Shown: one piece after another, positions 59,624 through 64,000 of the stretch
How the letters are laid out: each line of letters opens with the position of its first letter
Numbering within the stretch: the stretch's first letter is position 1
Assembly (NCBI GenBank): GCA_965601925.1
Contig: OZ271854.1
Coordinates: 4,064,001-4,128,000 of the forward strand
Direction: 5' to 3'
DNA: 64,000 nt
From: Alkalispirochaeta sp.
GTDB lineage: Bacteria; Spirochaetota; Spirochaetia; DSM-27196; Alkalispirochaetaceae
Position numbers and translations under genes: made by a program
Notes under the pieces: model-generated
Databases searched by the model: none
The model's input: the letters and a program-made list of their open reading frames with translations, nothing else
Told to the model about the DNA's origin: nothing

Positions 59624-60487
59624 GTGGAACGCTACCGAGACGTCATAGACCTCCTCCCCCTCTTCGCCGAGGAAAACGGCGATATCGACGCCGTCGTGGT
59701 GGTCGGCTCGCAGAGTCGCCGCGAAACTCCCGCCGACAAGTACTCCGACCTCGATCTGGTTTTCTTCTGTGACGCGCCGCGAACGTATCTCGATGAGACT
59801 GCGTGGCTCGACCGGTTCGGAGAGGTCGTGTGCACGTTTACCGAGCCGACCGTCGGCGGCCACAAAGAGCGACGCGTGCTCTACCGCGACAACCGCGACA
59901 TCGATATTACCGTGCTCCCGGCGTTCGATACGTGCCGACGCGATCTACTCGGCAACCCGGACATCGTAGAGATAGTACGGACGGGATATCGCGTTGTATA
60001 CGATCGAACCGCGGCCGTAGAGGTCGCGTTCGAGAGTACCGTGTCCGTCGGGGTAAAGGAGTCGCATCCTCCCGTGTCGTACGACGACCTGGATCGATTG
60101 CTGAGCGATTTTAACTATCACATCGTATGGGCCGCGAAGAAGTTGCTACGAGGCGAACTGTTGACCGCCGTCTCTTGCATTAACAGCTATCTTGTTCCGC
60201 GTCTCCTTCGGATGCTCTCACACTACCACGCCGCCCGAAACGAGAGGGGGTATCGTCGATACGGTCGGTTCATCGATGCGAACATGCCTGAGGGGCTCAG
60301 AGAGGAGCTTGCGCGCTGCTTCTCACGGTACGACCGCGAGGAGGCGTATCGCACCTTGTATCCATTGTTCGATTTCTTCAATCGGTTGGCTCGGAGTACA
60401 TACGACTGCGCCGGCTATCCTTTTCCCGAGATCCAACACGTGGAGATCCGACGCCTTCTCTCGACACTGGACCGAACACGGGACTGA
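59624..60487 (+). CDS. Aminoglycoside 6-adenylyltransferase-like nucleotidyltransferase
   Basis: GSQSR...DKYSDLDL, DID, AKKLLRGEL, GRFID. Confidence 0.75.
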   Translation: MERYRDVIDLLPLFAEENGDIDAVVVVGSQSRRETPADKYSDLDLVFFCDAPRTYLDETAWLDRFGEVVCTFTEPTVGGHKERRVLYRDNRDIDITVLPAFDTCRRDLLGNPDIVEIVRTGYRVVYDRTAAVEVAFESTVSVGVKESHPPVSYDDLDRLLSDFNYHIVWAAKKLLRGELLTAVSCINSYLVPRLLRMLSHYHAARNERGYRRYGRFIDANMPEGLREELARCFSRYDREEAYRTLYPLFDFFNRLARSTYDCAGYPFPEIQHVEIRRLLSTLDRTRD

Positions 60488-60508
60488 GAGGGTCCGTCTA
60501 CCGGCGGA

Positions 60509-61795
60509 TCACCTCCGTACGCCGAGTCGATCCGTGCCCGACGCCTCGCGGGAACGTACCGCCGCACGATCGAGCGCTGCAAGCAGGATAAAGATCACCG
60601 CCGCACTCGCGGATAGGATCGCGGTAAGCGGCCACACGTCGCGCACCGAAAAGCGCTCGATAAAAGTACCGATCAACAGCGGTCCCAGCGCAAACCCGGC
60701 GCCCGCAATGATCGGAACGAGGGCGTTCATGCGGCCGCGATGACCGACGGGGGTGTGGTCTGCGACGTACACATCGACGTTGGTCGCCGATAGGATCTCG
60801 CCGGCGGTCCAGACCAACGCGGTCACGACGAACATCGCGGCCGACGCGACGAAGTAAATACTACCCATTCCGACGAGGTAGAGCCCGGCGGCCAACGCCA
60901 GGCAGAGAATAGGTCGCAGCCGTTTTGTCGCGGCAATAATGGGTGCGGTGCAAAACACCACGACCAAGGCGTTCGTGGTCATCACCACACCGTACATGAC
61001 CGGACCCGCATCGCCGAGTATCGCATTCATCTGTAGGGGCAAGCCGAACGTGTACTGCGAATAGACCAGAGTCATGAGTACGTTGGTGAGCATGAAGGCC
61101 AGCACGATGGGGCGGCGCAACAGCACGGCGAGCACGCCACCGGTCTCGGCGGCCTCTCGGGGTTGCTCCCGTCCCACGCGCGCCACCTCGGCGCGATCGG
61201 GCCTCGTCTCGCGGATAAAGGCTACGATTAGGACCATCGCCACAATTGAGGTGGCGGCGTCGCCCCAGAACAGTACGCGCAAATCGCGCCGAAAGAGCAG
61301 GCCCGCCAAAAGCGGACCGACGGAGAATCCGATGTTGTGGCCGAGATATGTTAGCGAGTAAGCCGCCTTGCGATTCTCCGGGGTGGTGATGTCGGCGGTA
61401 AGCGCGCGAAGCGTGGGATGGATGAGGCCACTTGAGAACTCGGCGGCGAAGATGAACCACGGCAGTATCGCGACGTTACCGCTCATCCCCCAGGCGACGA
61501 ATGCCGCGATGCCGATTGCGAACCCGCCGACAACTACGCGCTTGCGTCCGAAGGTGTCTGCGATCCTGCCGCCGATAATCGACCCCGGGACAAAACTCGC
61601 CGTCGCAATCGTAACGATACGCCCTGCTTCGGCCGCGTTCAGTCCGCCGCGCTCGGTGAGAATGAGTGTGAGAAACGGTAGGACAAAGTGACCGAGACTG
61701 TTCACTACCTGAGCGACGAACAGTACGTAGACTGCACGCGGCAATCCGCGGTAAATCGCGAAGCTCCGGCGGAGCGGATTGAGAATCGAAGACAT
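60509..61795 (-). CDS. MFS transporter
   Basis: GGRIADTFGRK motif A; about 12 TM segments. Confidence 0.92.
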   Translation of the reverse strand: MSSILNPLRRSFAIYRGLPRAVYVLFVAQVVNSLGHFVLPFLTLILTERGGLNAAEAGRIVTIATASFVPGSIIGGRIADTFGRKRVVVGGFAIGIAAFVAWGMSGNVAILPWFIFAAEFSSGLIHPTLRALTADITTPENRKAAYSLTYLGHNIGFSVGPLLAGLLFRRDLRVLFWGDAATSIVAMVLIVAFIRETRPDRAEVARVGREQPREAAETGGVLAVLLRRPIVLAFMLTNVLMTLVYSQYTFGLPLQMNAILGDAGPVMYGVVMTTNALVVVFCTAPIIAATKRLRPILCLALAAGLYLVGMGSIYFVASAAMFVVTALVWTAGEILSATNVDVYVADHTPVGHRGRMNALVPIIAGAGFALGPLLIGTFIERFSVRDVWPLTAILSASAAVIFILLAALDRAAVRSREASGTDRLGVRR

Positions 61796-61871
61796 GGGTC
61801 GCCATTATAGACGACCGGGGACGCGGTGTCGCCCCGAACCTCGGGGCGGTGGGCCGGCGATCCGGCGCCCT

Positions 61872-63308
61872 TCACGCGAGATATACCACCTTCTCGGTCA
61901 TGTAAAACTCGCGCGCCGTCGGACCGATCGAGTAGGCACCGAAGCCGCTCTCCTTCACACCGCCGAATGGGACGTGAGCCTGGCTCGCCGTCCCGTGGTT
62001 GACGTGAATCATCCCGCTGTCCATGACGCTGATGAACCGCTTCGCCCGCGCAACATCGCGCGTAAAGACGCATCCCGCCAGTCCGTACGCCGAGTCGTTG
62101 CAGATATCCAGCCCCTCCTCAAACGAATCGACGGTAAGAACGCTCAGGACCGGCCCGAAAATCTCCTCCTGTGCGAGGGGCGAGTCGCGTGCGACGCCGG
62201 TGATAAGCGTCGGCCGGAAGTACCACCCCTCGTGGGGACCGTCTGCGCGCTCCCCGCCGATCACGACCGTCGCCTTTTCCTTTCGACCCAGATTGACGTA
62301 CCGTTCGACGGTCTCAACCCGGTTCCGGCTTACCAGCGGGCCCATCGTCGTACTCTCATCGAGGGCGTCGCCGACGCGCAGTGCGGCGATCTGTCGTCGC
62401 ATCGCTTCCACCAACGGATCGTGCTCTCGCCTACTCACGATGACCCTGCTAATCGCGGTACAGCGCTGTCCCGAGCCGGCAAAGGCGGCGGCGACGATCT
62501 GTTTCGCCGCCCCGTCTATATCCTCGGCGCCGTATACCAACGCGGGATTCTTCCCACCCATCTCTAACTGCACTCGCGAAAGACGTTCGATACTTGCCGC
62601 ATAAATCCGTTTACCGATCGACGTCGATCCCGTAAAGGTGACGCCGCGAATATCCGGGGCGTTCGAAAGGGCGTTGCCGATCGCCGACCCGGGACCGGTG
62701 ACGAGATTCACGACTCCCGGCGGGACGCCCGCCTCCTCGTAGAGCTCGACGAGCTTAACGGCGGAAAGGGGCGTAAGCGTCGCCGGCTTGAACACGACGG
62801 TATCGCCGTAGGCGAGGGCCGGCGAGATCTTGCGCACCGGAGTCACGATCGGAAAGTTCCACGGGGTAATGACCGCCACCGGCCCGAGGGGTACGCGGCG
62901 GCGCATAATTTCGACGCCCGGTCTCTCGCTGGAATAGTGTTCCCCGGTAAGCCGACTCGCCTCGCCCGCCATGAAGCGCGTCTCGGCGACCGCGCGCGAC
63001 ACCTCACCGCGCGCCTCGACGAGGATCTTTCCCTCTTCCCTACTGAGCGCTATAGCGAGTTCGGTCTCGTGTTCGGCAAGGAGCTCCGCGAAGCGGTAGA
63101 GAATCTTCCCCCGTTCGGGCCCCGGGCGTTCCGACCAGGCGGGAAAGCTGTCGCGCGCGGCATCAACGGCCGCCGCGACGTCGGCCGCGGTCGAGGATGC
63201 GAACATACCGAGATGTTCGTCGACGTTTCCCGGATTGATATCCGGTGCGTACCGTCCCGTCTCCGGTGCACGCCACCGGCCGCCGATGAAGTTCTCGTAG
63301 TGTTTCAC
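61872..63308 (-). CDS. NAD(P)-dependent aldehyde dehydrogenase
   Basis: TPWNFP, FTGST, LEMGGKN, GQRCTA, EEIFGP. Confidence 0.95.
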   Translation of the reverse strand: MKHYENFIGGRWRAPETGRYAPDINPGNVDEHLGMFASSTAADVAAAVDAARDSFPAWSERPGPERGKILYRFAELLAEHETELAIALSREEGKILVEARGEVSRAVAETRFMAGEASRLTGEHYSSERPGVEIMRRRVPLGPVAVITPWNFPIVTPVRKISPALAYGDTVVFKPATLTPLSAVKLVELYEEAGVPPGVVNLVTGPGSAIGNALSNAPDIRGVTFTGSTSIGKRIYAASIERLSRVQLEMGGKNPALVYGAEDIDGAAKQIVAAAFAGSGQRCTAISRVIVSRREHDPLVEAMRRQIAALRVGDALDESTTMGPLVSRNRVETVERYVNLGRKEKATVVIGGERADGPHEGWYFRPTLITGVARDSPLAQEEIFGPVLSVLTVDSFEEGLDICNDSAYGLAGCVFTRDVARAKRFISVMDSGMIHVNHGTASQAHVPFGGVKESGFGAYSIGPTAREFYMTEKVVYLA

Positions 63309-63321
63309 GACATTGCTCCCG

Positions 63322-63999
63322 TTAGAACGCAGCTCTGCACAGCTCCTCGAGTTCGCCGTGAGAAACGGTGCGCGGATTGACCGGTATGTTGCCGCTTTTC
63401 ATCGCCTCATCGCAGACCCGCGGTATCAACTCCTCGGTCAGTCCGAGTTCGCCCAGACCGTTCGGTATCTCGATCTCCCGAGCGATCCGTCGCACGCACT
63501 CCACCCCCTTTTCGACGCATTCGACATCCGAGAGACCGCCGCAGTCGACCCCGAGGGCACGCGCCACGGCGGTGTATTCCGCACGCGCCGTCGCGCCGTT
63601 GAACTCCATGACGTGCGGCAGCGTCACCGCGATTGCGAGACCGTGGGGAATCTTCAAGTCCCAGCTCCCCAGCGGCATCGCCAACGCGTGGGCGATCCCC
63701 AAGCGAGTCGGGTTCATACCCATTCCGGCGAGGGTACTGCCGAGCATCATCGCGTAACGCGCCTCGCGGTCCGAACCGTCGCGAACCGCCCGGACCAGGT
63801 ATCGCCCGATGAGTTCGATCGCACGGTGCGTGAGTACCGCGGAGATCGGTTGATACGAGCGGTTGACAAACGATTCGACGGCGTGGGCGAGCGCGTCCAT
63901 ACCGGTCGTCGCCGTTAACTGCGCGGGAAGACCGATCGTCAGATCGGGATCGCAAATCGCCGTCCTCGGAAAGACGAACTCACCGCCGATCGCAATCTT
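63322..63999 (-). CDS. Iron-containing alcohol dehydrogenase, 5' end outside window
   Basis: DPDLT..LP...TGMDALAHAVE, GIAHALA, PHG; frame open to window edge. Confidence 0.92.
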   Translation of the reverse strand, partial: KIAIGGEFVFPRTAICDPDLTIGLPAQLTATTGMDALAHAVESFVNRSYQPISAVLTHRAIELIGRYLVRAVRDGSDREARYAMMLGSTLAGMGMNPTRLGIAHALAMPLGSWDLKIPHGLAIAVTLPHVMEFNGATARAEYTAVARALGVDCGGLSDVECVEKGVECVRRIAREIEIPNGLGELGLTEELIPRVCDEAMKSGNIPVNPRTVSHGELEELCRAAF

Positions 64000-64000
64000 C

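Noticed and set aside
63322..63999. Fe-ADH as sulfoacetaldehyde reductase (SqwF)
   Set aside because: About 48 kb from the cluster, partial, and no diagnostic residues I can verify

Overview
GC-rich bacterial window, probably from a free-living spirochaete (inferred from many lipoproteins and AAHAG-type chemoreceptors, not proven). 1-16.3 kb: an intact catabolic cluster that looks like the sulfoglycolytic transketolase (sulfo-TK) route ending in sulfoacetate: split transketolase, atypical RpiB, SauS/SqwD-type acylating dehydrogenase, non-succinate ADP-forming CoA ligase, DASS and TauE transporters, plus a divergent ROK regulator/TRAP/glycerol-dehydrogenase-like arm with visible ROK operators. 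16.3-25.6 kb: GAF-EI (PtsP-like), a NarX/PilJ+CZB chemoreceptor, leuA with an unannotated Leu leader-peptide attenuator, and a GH1 glucosidase. 25.6-59.6 kb: a variable, decaying region with a lipoprotein gene between ~200-bp direct repeats, about ten pseudogenes (several missing only their middle), a defence island (EVE nuclease, type I R-M, PLD nuclease) and an AT-rich methyltransferase + LuxI/FeeM-fold acyltransferase-cNMP cassette. The end carries MATE, nucleotidyltransferase, MFS, ALDH and Fe-ADH genes. No tRNA, rRNA, CRISPR array, integrase or transposase was recognised. All calls are from motif recognition by eye; no searches were run.
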